A stretch of DNA of 29,013 nucleotides, from NCBI GenBank assembly GCA_030586555.1, contig JAURAC010000037.1, positions 1 to 29,013 on the forward strand, given 5' to 3'. Made by a program: the position numbers and the translations under genes. This document shows, in pieces, positions 17,052-24,138 of the stretch. Position 1 is the stretch's first letter, and each line of letters begins with the position of its first letter. Source of the DNA: Candidatus Subterrananammoxibius californiae (GTDB taxonomy: Bacteria; Planctomycetota; Brocadiia; Brocadiales; Subterrananammoxibiaceae). The notes below the pieces were generated by a model. That model ran no database searches. It was not told the DNA's origin and worked only from the letters and a program-made list of their open reading frames with translations.

Positions 17052-18467
17052 ATGATGCAATATTTATCGGGCTCATTTATAATAGTCGTCTTAACATTTT
17101 TCTTGCTTGGACAAATATATGCCCAACCTGTAGAGTCGGCAAGCGGCATTCAGGAAAGGATTGACAAACTCGAAAGCGAGCTTCAAGAACTCAAGACCCT
17201 CTTAAAGGGACAGATTCAGAGGGATTCAGAAAAAGAGGCAGAGATTAAAAAACTCAAGGAACAAACTGAAGAACAACAGAAAAAGATTAGCGAGGTGACA
17301 GAAGCTGCAAAGATGGTTGAAGCCCCTCCAGAATTTTACTGGGCAAAGAGGTCTCAGGAGTTTTACGAAAAAGGGCTTTCCCCACAGTTTGGCGACGTGC
17401 GAACAAAACCATTCTTGCGCAGGATGGGCAGGAACACATACCTCGGCGGCTATATGGATTTTGAGTACCGCAGGGAGGAAGGAGGAATGAAAGGATTTGA
17501 TCAGAAAAGGATGATACCGTTTATTTATTCTGATGTCTCCGACAGGGTAAAATTTGCAACGGAAATAGAATTTGAACACGGCGGTCCAGATAATAATCGG
17601 GGGGACGGCGAGGTGAAGATTGAATTTGCCACGGTTGATTTCTTAATCCAGGATTGGATAAACCTCCGTGCAGGTATCATCCTAAGCCCACTTGGAAAGT
17701 ACAACCTTGTACATGATTCCCCACTTCAAGACTTGATAGACCGTCCAATTGTTGACAGGCGTATTATACCTACTACACTTAGTGAATCTGGCGCTGGATT
17801 CTTTGGAACCTTTTACCCAACAGAACTCTCTAAACTGGACTATGAGATTTACGCTGTAAATGGCTTTGAAGGGCTTACTGCTGGCGGTACAAGCCGTTTT
17901 AGTACAGGTGGAGGATTGAGAGGGGGTAAGGGAAGTGAGGTGGTAGATTTTAATGGAGACCCGGCAGTTGTGGGTCGTCTGGGTTTCAGCCCCTTCCTTG
18001 GTCTTGAATTTGGCGGCTCGTTTCATGCTGGCACGTATGACGAAAAGAACGATAATATGCTCACTATAGCCGCTTTTGACACTGCGTACCAGAGGGGTCC
18101 CTTTGAGCTCGTTGGCGAGTTCGCTAACGCCTTTATAGAGAGGGATAGTTTTGCAAGTAGTAGCGGAGTGCCCGATGACATGTGGGGATACTATATTGAG
18201 CCGAGGTATCATTTTATGCCAGAGTTCCTGAAAGGGATAGCTCCTAAGATATTTACCGAGGATTCCACCTTTACTGGTGTAACACGCTGGGAGCAGTTAG
18301 ACCTCGATGGGGAGAAGACTGACCGCGTTACCTTTGGCTTGAACTACAGATACACGGAGGATACCGTCTTTAAGCTTGATTACCAGATTAATACAACTAC
18401 AAAGGAAGACCGTCCTGCAGAGTCAAAGAACAATACTTTCCTGTTTGGAGTAGCCACTTACTTCTAA
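17052..18467 (+). CDS. Outer-membrane beta-barrel porin with N-terminal coiled coil
   Basis: Signal peptide (..IYA|QP), coiled coil, amphipathic strands (FATEIEFEHGG, VKIEFATVDF, GYYIEPRYHF) and C-terminal LFGVATYF beta-signal. Confidence 0.82.
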   Translation: MMQYLSGSFIIVVLTFFLLGQIYAQPVESASGIQERIDKLESELQELKTLLKGQIQRDSEKEAEIKKLKEQTEEQQKKISEVTEAAKMVEAPPEFYWAKRSQEFYEKGLSPQFGDVRTKPFLRRMGRNTYLGGYMDFEYRREEGGMKGFDQKRMIPFIYSDVSDRVKFATEIEFEHGGPDNNRGDGEVKIEFATVDFLIQDWINLRAGIILSPLGKYNLVHDSPLQDLIDRPIVDRRIIPTTLSESGAGFFGTFYPTELSKLDYEIYAVNGFEGLTAGGTSRFSTGGGLRGGKGSEVVDFNGDPAVVGRLGFSPFLGLEFGGSFHAGTYDEKNDNMLTIAAFDTAYQRGPFELVGEFANAFIERDSFASSSGVPDDMWGYYIEPRYHFMPEFLKGIAPKIFTEDSTFTGVTRWEQLDLDGEKTDRVTFGLNYRYTEDTVFKLDYQINTTTKEDRPAESKNNTFLFGVATYF

Positions 18468-18474
18468 TGGTGAA

Positions 18475-18530
18475 TATCCCCGGAAAAAGGGGAGGGGCTT
18501 TCTCCAGCCTCCTTTCTACCCCTCCCCCAA
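18475..18530. repeat. GC-rich hairpin with CCTCCTTT in loop, copy 1
   Basis: GGGGAGGGG (18489-18497) pairs with CCCCTCCCC (18519-18527). Near-identical to the element at 21445-21503. Confidence 0.75.
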
Positions 18531-18552
18531 GTTATTGAAAGAGGTGAACAAA

Positions 18553-19026
18553 ATGTTTTACAAAGCAGTAGGGGCACGTTGCAACGTGCCCCTACTTATC
18601 CTTTTTGTGCTTCAGGGGTGTGCCACAACACCTGCCAGATTCGCAGGAGAGCAAGTAAGATACGAAAGGACTTTTTCTGCAGATTATGATGCAGTCTGGT
18701 CAGCCACAATGGACGCCTTAGTCACAAGCGGCATACATGTTAAAGAGGAGAACAAAGAGACAGGGGAGATATACACAGAATGGGTTGAAGAACAACCTGT
18801 AGATAGAGGTGGCTTATTCTTCGGAGTTTATTGGATTGAGCGATATAGGTTTATTATTTCAGTCATCAGAGAAGGTGAAAGTGCTACTCGACTGACTGTG
18901 CTTTGTCTGGTTGAGGAGAAAACAAAGGGAGGGACCCGCTCCCTCAGGTGGGTAATGAAAAAATCTTCAGGAGAACTTGAACAGCAATTGCTGGATAAAA
19001 TCGAGAAAATTTTGGCAAATCAATGA
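18553..19026 (+). CDS. Lipoprotein, BamC/NlpB-like helix-grip fold
   Basis: SD GAGGTGA, lipobox LQGC, and the pattern DYDAVWSATMDAL...GEIYTEW...RYRFIISV. Confidence 0.7.
   Translation: MFYKAVGARCNVPLLILFVLQGCATTPARFAGEQVRYERTFSADYDAVWSATMDALVTSGIHVKEENKETGEIYTEWVEEQPVDRGGLFFGVYWIERYRFIISVIREGESATRLTVLCLVEEKTKGGTRSLRWVMKKSSGELEQQLLDKIEKILANQ
18568..18595. repeat. GTAG-type REP palindrome inside lipoprotein signal peptide
   Basis: Perfect 28-bp palindrome GTAGGGGCACGTTGCAACGTGCCCCTAC, translated VGARCNVPL. Confidence 0.85.
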
Positions 19027-19085
19027 ATGGCATTAATGGTTTCCAGACAAACATGCCATCAGGAGGCTTAACAGAATAATCTGAG

Positions 19086-19199
19086 AAGGTGAAAAGTAAG
19101 TCGCGGCGTACTCTTCACCTGTCGCTCAGCACGAAAGGTCTTGTCGTGCTGAGCGACAAGACCTTTAATTTTACGATTCTGATTATACAAGGTGAAAAG
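19086..19199 (+). other. Structured intergenic element with overlapping inverted repeats
   Basis: 15-bp stem 19120-19134/19144-19158, alternative 13-bp stem 19134-19146/19154-19166, flanked by direct repeat AAGGTGAAAAG. Confidence 0.65.
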
Positions 19200-19201
19200 G
19201 A

Positions 19202-20857
19202 ATGTATTTAAAAGTATTGTTAACCTTTATATGTCTTTTGTTAGCGGTTTCGTCTGATTATTCCATTGCACAATCCGCCTCAGGCGGATACGAAGAAGAA
19301 CCACTGGATAATTATCAGCTCCAGGTTTACCTTACTGAGGAGCAAGCCTTTAGGCTTGTATTTCCGGAGGAAACGGAGATTGTTACGGACGAGATTGCTC
19401 TTACTGTTGAGGAAAAGCAGGCTTTAGAGAATCGCTTGAAACGAAGACTTTTTGAGGATAGATTTAAGGTTTATATAGGGAAAAGGGAGGGCAAGGTAAG
19501 GGGTTATGCAATCATAGGTGAGGAGATTGGGAAGTTTCATCCGTTCACGTTTATTGTAGGCGTTACGCCAAATGGAAAGATTAGCCAGGTGGCGGTGCTT
19601 GTCTACAGGGAAAGCCGTGGGGGTGAGATAGCACGTAAAAGATTTCTATACCAATTTATTGGTAAGACACCTAAACACCCCATAAGAATTAATAAGGATA
19701 TTATTAATATAACCGGTGCGACAATGTCCGTTAATGTTATGTGCGCAGGGGTGAAGAAGGCTTTGGCTATTATAGATGAATTTTACCTGAGCGGGAAAAG
19801 AGACACGTTATTAATGGCACTGCCACCATATAAACCTAATACCGAACAAAAGGTTGAAGAACAAAATGGGCAGGTAGTTACGGAGAGCCGCTTACTGATG
19901 GGGACAGTTGCTGAAATAACCGCCTATGGGGACAACACAGAGATGGTTAAGGGCGCAATCAATCTCGCCTTTGAGGAGATAAACAGGCTTGACAATCTTA
20001 TGAGCAATTATAAACAGGAAAGCGAATTATCACGGATAAATCGAGAAGCTGTAAAAGGACCAACTACATGCGACAACGAACTTCTTCACGTTATTGAAGA
20101 GTCCCTGCGATACAGTGCCATGACAAACGGGGCTTTTGATATTACTGTTGGTCCGCTTATGAAGGTATGGGGATTCTTGAAAAGCGAAGGCAGGATGCCC
20201 TCACAAGATGAATTAAATACTGTAATGCCTGCAGTATCTTATAAAAACATAAGTCTAAGTAATTCTAAAAACCCTGATGAGAGAAAAATATCCTTCAAGA
20301 ACCAGCAAACACAATTAGACCTTGGCGGGATTGGGAAGGGATACGCCGTTGATAGGGCATGCGATGTTTTAAAAAAGAATAGTGTTACATGCGCCTGCAT
20401 TAATTTTGGAGGGAATATAAGAGTAATAGGCAGCCCTCCGGGTAGTGAAGCGTGGAAAATTGCCGTGCAGCATCCGAGACAAAAGGATGCCGTACTTGGG
20501 TACTTTGAGCTTACAGATGGCGCAATCTCTACTTCGGGTGATTATGAGAAGTTCTTTACAATTGATGGAAAAAGATATACACATATAATAGACCCGAGGA
20601 ATGGTAAGCCTGTAGAAAACATGATAAGTGTCACAGTACTTGCTAAAACAGCTACGCAGGCAGATGCCCTTAGTACAGGCATCTTTGTCATGAATTATAA
20701 AGAAGGTCTTAAACTGATTGAAAAACTTGATGGGGTAGAAGCTATCCTTATTTATGAGGGTGTAGCGGCGAACGGCCGTTCGCCCCTGCTACTACATCAG
20801 GAGATGAGCAAGGGATTTTCAAAGCTATTTCATCCAGAAGGAGACCAAATACAATGA
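19202..20857 (+). CDS. apbE: Exported FMN-binding domain fused to ApbE FAD:protein FMN transferase
   Basis: Signal peptide. N-terminal domain with YRESRGGEI and flavinylation motif DIINITGATMS. C-terminal LMGT, GAFDITVGPL, LDLGGIGKGYAVD, STSGDYE, HIIDPRNG and ADALSTG. Confidence 0.93.
   Translation: MYLKVLLTFICLLLAVSSDYSIAQSASGGYEEEPLDNYQLQVYLTEEQAFRLVFPEETEIVTDEIALTVEEKQALENRLKRRLFEDRFKVYIGKREGKVRGYAIIGEEIGKFHPFTFIVGVTPNGKISQVAVLVYRESRGGEIARKRFLYQFIGKTPKHPIRINKDIINITGATMSVNVMCAGVKKALAIIDEFYLSGKRDTLLMALPPYKPNTEQKVEEQNGQVVTESRLLMGTVAEITAYGDNTEMVKGAINLAFEEINRLDNLMSNYKQESELSRINREAVKGPTTCDNELLHVIEESLRYSAMTNGAFDITVGPLMKVWGFLKSEGRMPSQDELNTVMPAVSYKNISLSNSKNPDERKISFKNQQTQLDLGGIGKGYAVDRACDVLKKNSVTCACINFGGNIRVIGSPPGSEAWKIAVQHPRQKDAVLGYFELTDGAISTSGDYEKFFTIDGKRYTHIIDPRNGKPVENMISVTVLAKTATQADALSTGIFVMNYKEGLKLIEKLDGVEAILIYEGVAANGRSPLLLHQEMSKGFSKLFHPEGDQIQ
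20762..20792. repeat. GTAG-type REP palindrome in frame in ApbE C-terminus
   Basis: GTAGC-GGCGAACGG|CCGTTCGCC-CCT-GCTAC, translated VAANGRSPLL. Confidence 0.75.
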
Positions 20858-21441
20858 AGAAAACGCAATCAAAGCTTTCCATGGCTCCAGTTAGTACGAA
20901 AATCTATTTTACCCTGTTTTTATTGCTTATAGGATGCGCCTTTGTTATTAGTATGCTGAACTACTATGATAAAACCAGATTTTCTTATGATAGAACGATT
21001 CGGTATTATCGTGGAGACGAGGAGAGCTTTAGCCCATCATTACCACCAAAGGAGCAGGTAGGGGCAGGTTTTAAACCTGCCCCTACTGATCCAGACGAAG
21101 GTATGTTCTTTCAGAAAACTTATCAAGAACTCTTAAGTACAACTCATACACATTGCTTCTCGATAGCCATAGTGTTGTTTGTGCTGTCCCGCATTCTCTC
21201 TATGACAATGATTAAAGAATGTATTAAGATTTCCGTCTACAGCCTTGCATTTGCTGGAATGGCTGCCAATCTCGGGGCAACATGGCTTATCACCTTTGTT
21301 ACACCCTATGCTACTATTATGCTGAGCTTATCGAATATTGCACTTTGTATTTCATTTGGCGCATACGTAATAATCCCTTTGTACGAGATATGGCTCGGAC
21401 AAAAGTCTCCGTTACCCATAACGGACAATAATAATTCCTAA
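20854..21441 (+). CDS. Four-TM inner-membrane protein with HxH motif, possible haem-b/metal-binding redox partner
   Basis: ATGA-coupled to apbE. Four hydrophobic segments, and YQELLSTTHTHCFS. Confidence 0.6.
   Translation: MKKTQSKLSMAPVSTKIYFTLFLLLIGCAFVISMLNYYDKTRFSYDRTIRYYRGDEESFSPSLPPKEQVGAGFKPAPTDPDEGMFFQKTYQELLSTTHTHCFSIAIVLFVLSRILSMTMIKECIKISVYSLAFAGMAANLGATWLITFVTPYATIMLSLSNIALCISFGAYVIIPLYEIWLGQKSPLPITDNNNS
21058..21086. repeat. GTAG-type REP palindrome in frame in membrane-protein loop
   Basis: GTAGGGGCAGGTTT-T-AAACCTGCCCCTAC, translated VGAGFKPAPT. Confidence 0.85.
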
Positions 21442-21444
21442 AAG

Positions 21445-21503
21445 TATCCCGCGGGAAAGGGGAGGGGGCTTTCCTCTGACCTCCTTTCTACCCCCCTCCC
21501 CTA
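21445..21503. repeat. GC-rich hairpin with ACCTCCTTT in loop, copy 2
   Basis: AGGGGAGGGGG (21458-21468) pairs with CCCCCTCCCCT (21492-21502), just after the last gene of the module. Confidence 0.75.
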
Positions 21504-21529
21504 AAAAAATTCAAAATAAAATTTTTTGG

Positions 21530-21558
21530 TTGACAATGTGGTCTCTTTTCTTGATAAT
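21530..21558 (+). promoter_or_regulatory. sigma70-type promoter for the DUF1858/nifU unit
   Basis: TTGACA-17 bp-GATAAT preceded by an A/T tract. Confidence 0.55.
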
Positions 21559-21614
21559 TAACGTATATACGTAATAACAAAGCGGGATTAAACAATATTG
21601 GAAGGACGGTTTTT

Positions 21615-21836
21615 ATGGTAAACGATAGCGGTTTAAAGATAACAAAAAAAACATCTATCGGGGAAATAATAAAGCAATATCCAGAGGCGGAACCCGTAAT
21701 TCAAAAATATTTTGGCAGGGGCTGTTTCACCTGTCCAGGGTCAAAGACGGAGGATATTGCCTTTGGGGCATTAATGCACAATATTGACCCGGAACAGATA
21801 ATAAAAGAAATCAACGAAGTTATTACAAAAAAATAG
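21615..21836 (+). CDS. DUF1858 (hybrid-cluster-associated redox disulfide) domain protein
   Basis: ITKKTSIGEIIKQYPE...GCFTCPG..EDIAFGALMHNID pattern, 73 aa. Confidence 0.82.
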   Translation: MVNDSGLKITKKTSIGEIIKQYPEAEPVIQKYFGRGCFTCPGSKTEDIAFGALMHNIDPEQIIKEINEVITKK

Positions 21837-21856
21837 GCTTTTTGAACTTTTTTAAC

Positions 21857-21930
21857 GGTAGACAACGAGGTTCTACCTCGTTGATTCTTCCTATCGGTGA
21901 AATCAACAAACACAAAGTTTGTTGTCTACC
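21857..21930. repeat. Composite REP/REPIN-like element
   Basis: Outer inverted repeat GGTAGACAAC/GTTGTCTACC enclosing hairpins CAACGAGGT/ACCTCGTTG and CAACAAAC/GTTTGTTG. Confidence 0.7.
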
Positions 21931-21953
21931 TTTTAGAGGGAGGAAAATTCATT

Positions 21954-22211
21954 ATGAAAAATAGTAGTCCTACTTCAGGTGGAAACAATTTGCGGGAAAA
22001 GGTTGAGAAGTGCCTTGACTCTATCAGGCCTTATTTGCAGGCAGATGGCGGCGATATTGAATTAGTAGACATAGAAGAAAGCGGAGTCGTAAAGGTGAAG
22101 CTCAGGGGCGCATGCGGCGGATGCCCAAGCGCTCTAATAACCCTAAAACAAGGGGTTGAGGCAAGGTTGAAAGAAGAAATACCTGAAGTACAGTGTGTTG
22201 AGGCAGTATAA
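21954..22211 (+). CDS. NifU C-terminal/Nfu-type Fe-S carrier
   Basis: IRPYLQADGGDIELV...LRGACGGCPS..ITLKQGVE. ATG 21954 follows SD GGAGG. Confidence 0.92.
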   Translation: MKNSSPTSGGNNLREKVEKCLDSIRPYLQADGGDIELVDIEESGVVKVKLRGACGGCPSALITLKQGVEARLKEEIPEVQCVEAV

Positions 22212-22274
22212 CTACAATCCACCTGAAGCATAAGGATGGCCTATGCTCACCAATTTTAAAGGAGTTATTATATC

Positions 22275-22946
22275 ATGAGTTTAGTTTTAGGACCCATTCA
22301 TTACTGGATGCACAATAAGATTAAGACAACAGAAAGCAGAGAGGCTGCAATTGTTTCTGCCTTTAAAAAGAGATTTGGCGAGACAGCCTGCGCCGAGGTT
22401 CTTGCAAACGTTTATAAAAAGTATCCACCTTCCAAGAATGTGGGTAAACCCTTGGAAGAAATACTTGAGGGCGTTATGATTCACCAGGGAATCCAGAATC
22501 TTATTGTTGATGTAGAAACAAGGGAGGCTGCAACGGTTGCCGCCTTTAGTAAAAAATTTGGCAAGGAGGCTAATGAAGTATCCATAAAGGCAGCCTATGA
22601 GCATGGCATCAACTGCGGTCAGACAGCTGCAAAGGAAAAGGGCAACGGTTGTACTGCTAAGGATGCATTTGAGCTTCTTGGTGATTACTTCTGCGATGGC
22701 ATGCCTTGCGATAGGGGTGCGCAGGTAATGGAAGAATCCGAGAGGCGTACAACCTGGGACCATAATGATTGCGTTCACATAGGATATTGGCAGACTGCTG
22801 AAGCTTCATCGGAAACAATGTGCGACCTCGTAACTGCATGGATTGATGGATTTGGCAAGGGGCTAAATCCATCGCTTACGCATAAAAGAGAAAAATGCAT
22901 TGCTAAAGGAGATGCAGATTGTATCTCCAGCTACGAACTTAAATAA
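22275..22946 (+). CDS. Conserved Cys-rich hypothetical protein with V4R-like C-terminus
   Basis: LGPIHYWMHNKI, CDGMPCD, CVH..YW and terminal CIAKGDADC. SD AAGGAG. Confidence 0.65.
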   Translation: MSLVLGPIHYWMHNKIKTTESREAAIVSAFKKRFGETACAEVLANVYKKYPPSKNVGKPLEEILEGVMIHQGIQNLIVDVETREAATVAAFSKKFGKEANEVSIKAAYEHGINCGQTAAKEKGNGCTAKDAFELLGDYFCDGMPCDRGAQVMEESERRTTWDHNDCVHIGYWQTAEASSETMCDLVTAWIDGFGKGLNPSLTHKREKCIAKGDADCISSYELK

Positions 22947-22955
22947 AACGGTAAA

Positions 22956-23050
22956 TAGGCTATAGGCGATAGGCTATGGGCTATGGGCTGTGGGTTATAA
23001 TATCTATTGCCTATGACCTATAGCCTAAATCCTATGTATGACCTATAACC
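22956..23050. repeat. Inverted heptamer tandem arrays (TRGGCTA / TAnnnCC) overlapping the moeB start
   Basis: taggcta taggcga taggcta tgggcta tgggctg tgggtta ... tattgcc tatgacc tatagcc taaatcc ... tatgacc tataacc. Confidence 0.75.
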
Positions 23051-24126
23051 TGTCTAACCGATATTCCCGCCAGATACTCTTTAACAGCATTGGCGAAGAG
23101 GGCCAGAAACTTCTAAAAAACTCTTTTGCCATAATACTTGGCTGCGGTGCACTTGGAAGTGTTTCTGCAAGCCTACTCACACGCGCCGGCGTAGGTCGGA
23201 TTAAACTTATAGACAGGGATTTTATTGAGGAAAATAACCTCCAAAGACAAATCCTCTTTGACGAAGAGGACATCAAAAATGGCCTCCCCAAGGCAATAGC
23301 CGCACAAGAAAAACTACGACAAGTAAACTCAAGCATTATAATAGAAGGGGTTGTTTCGGACGTTAATTACACTAATATAGAAAAACTACTGGACGGAGCG
23401 GACGTAGTTATTGACGGACTTGACAACTTCGAAACAAGGTTCTTGTTAAACGACTGCTGTGTCAAGAATAATATTCCGTGGATTTACGGTGCATGTATAG
23501 GCAGTATGGGTTTAACAATGAACATTGTTCCCTCAAAGACTCCTTGCCTTCGCTGCGTCCTTGAGTCGCTACCCCCTTCAGGTACATTGCCTACATGTGA
23601 TACTGCAGGCATCATTGGTTCAATTGCCACAGTCATTGCCTCAATTCAAGCCACTGAAGCTATAAAATTACTCACCGGGAATATAGACGCTATCAACAAA
23701 GATCTTATCAGTTTTGATATATGGAATGGCAGAATCCAGAAGATACATATTTCAAATGCCGTGGTAGGAGAGGGGTTACCCCGCCCTGATTGCCTAACAT
23801 GCAAGCAGAGGAATTATGAATTTCTTGAAGGCAGAACAAGCACATGGACAACCACAATTTGCGGTAGAAATGGAGTGCAAATAATCCCCCTCGTCCGAAA
23901 TCCAAAATCCGAAATCCGAAACCCGAAATCCGAACAAGAGGTGTGCTTCGAACATCTTGCACAAAAGCTCCGTCCTTTAGGAAAGGTGGGCTTTAACAAA
24001 TTCATGATGAAATTCAAAATTAATAGTTATGAAATGACAATCTTCCCCGATGGGCGGGCAATTATTACCGGCACGAATGACCCTGGAGTAGCAAAGGGAT
24101 TATATGCAAAGTATATGGGAATGTAG
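23038..24126 (+). CDS. MoeB/ThiF-family adenylyltransferase
   Basis: RYSRQI, GCGALG, DRDFIEENNLQRQ, DNFETR, Zn sites PCLRC and DCLTC, TCDTAG, C-terminal IFPDGRAII. Confidence 0.93.
   Translation: MTYNLSNRYSRQILFNSIGEEGQKLLKNSFAIILGCGALGSVSASLLTRAGVGRIKLIDRDFIEENNLQRQILFDEEDIKNGLPKAIAAQEKLRQVNSSIIIEGVVSDVNYTNIEKLLDGADVVIDGLDNFETRFLLNDCCVKNNIPWIYGACIGSMGLTMNIVPSKTPCLRCVLESLPPSGTLPTCDTAGIIGSIATVIASIQATEAIKLLTGNIDAINKDLISFDIWNGRIQKIHISNAVVGEGLPRPDCLTCKQRNYEFLEGRTSTWTTTICGRNGVQIIPLVRNPKSEIRNPKSEQEVCFEHLAQKLRPLGKVGFNKFMMKFKINSYEMTIFPDGRAIITGTNDPGVAKGLYAKYMGM
23894..23935 (+). repeat. Six heptamers (TCCGAAA) in frame within moeB
   Basis: tccgaaa tccaaaa tccgaaa tccgaaa cccgaaa tccgaac = 42 nt, encoding RNPKSEIRNPKSE. 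Confidence 0.85.
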
Positions 24127-24138
24127 GAGGAATAAAAA

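Noticed and set aside
391..21953. Longer ORF-track starts (391, 3394, 6308, 7819, 13592, 16584, 18535, 21897)
   Set aside because: Downstream ATGs have better SD spacing, gene coupling or family-typical N-termini.
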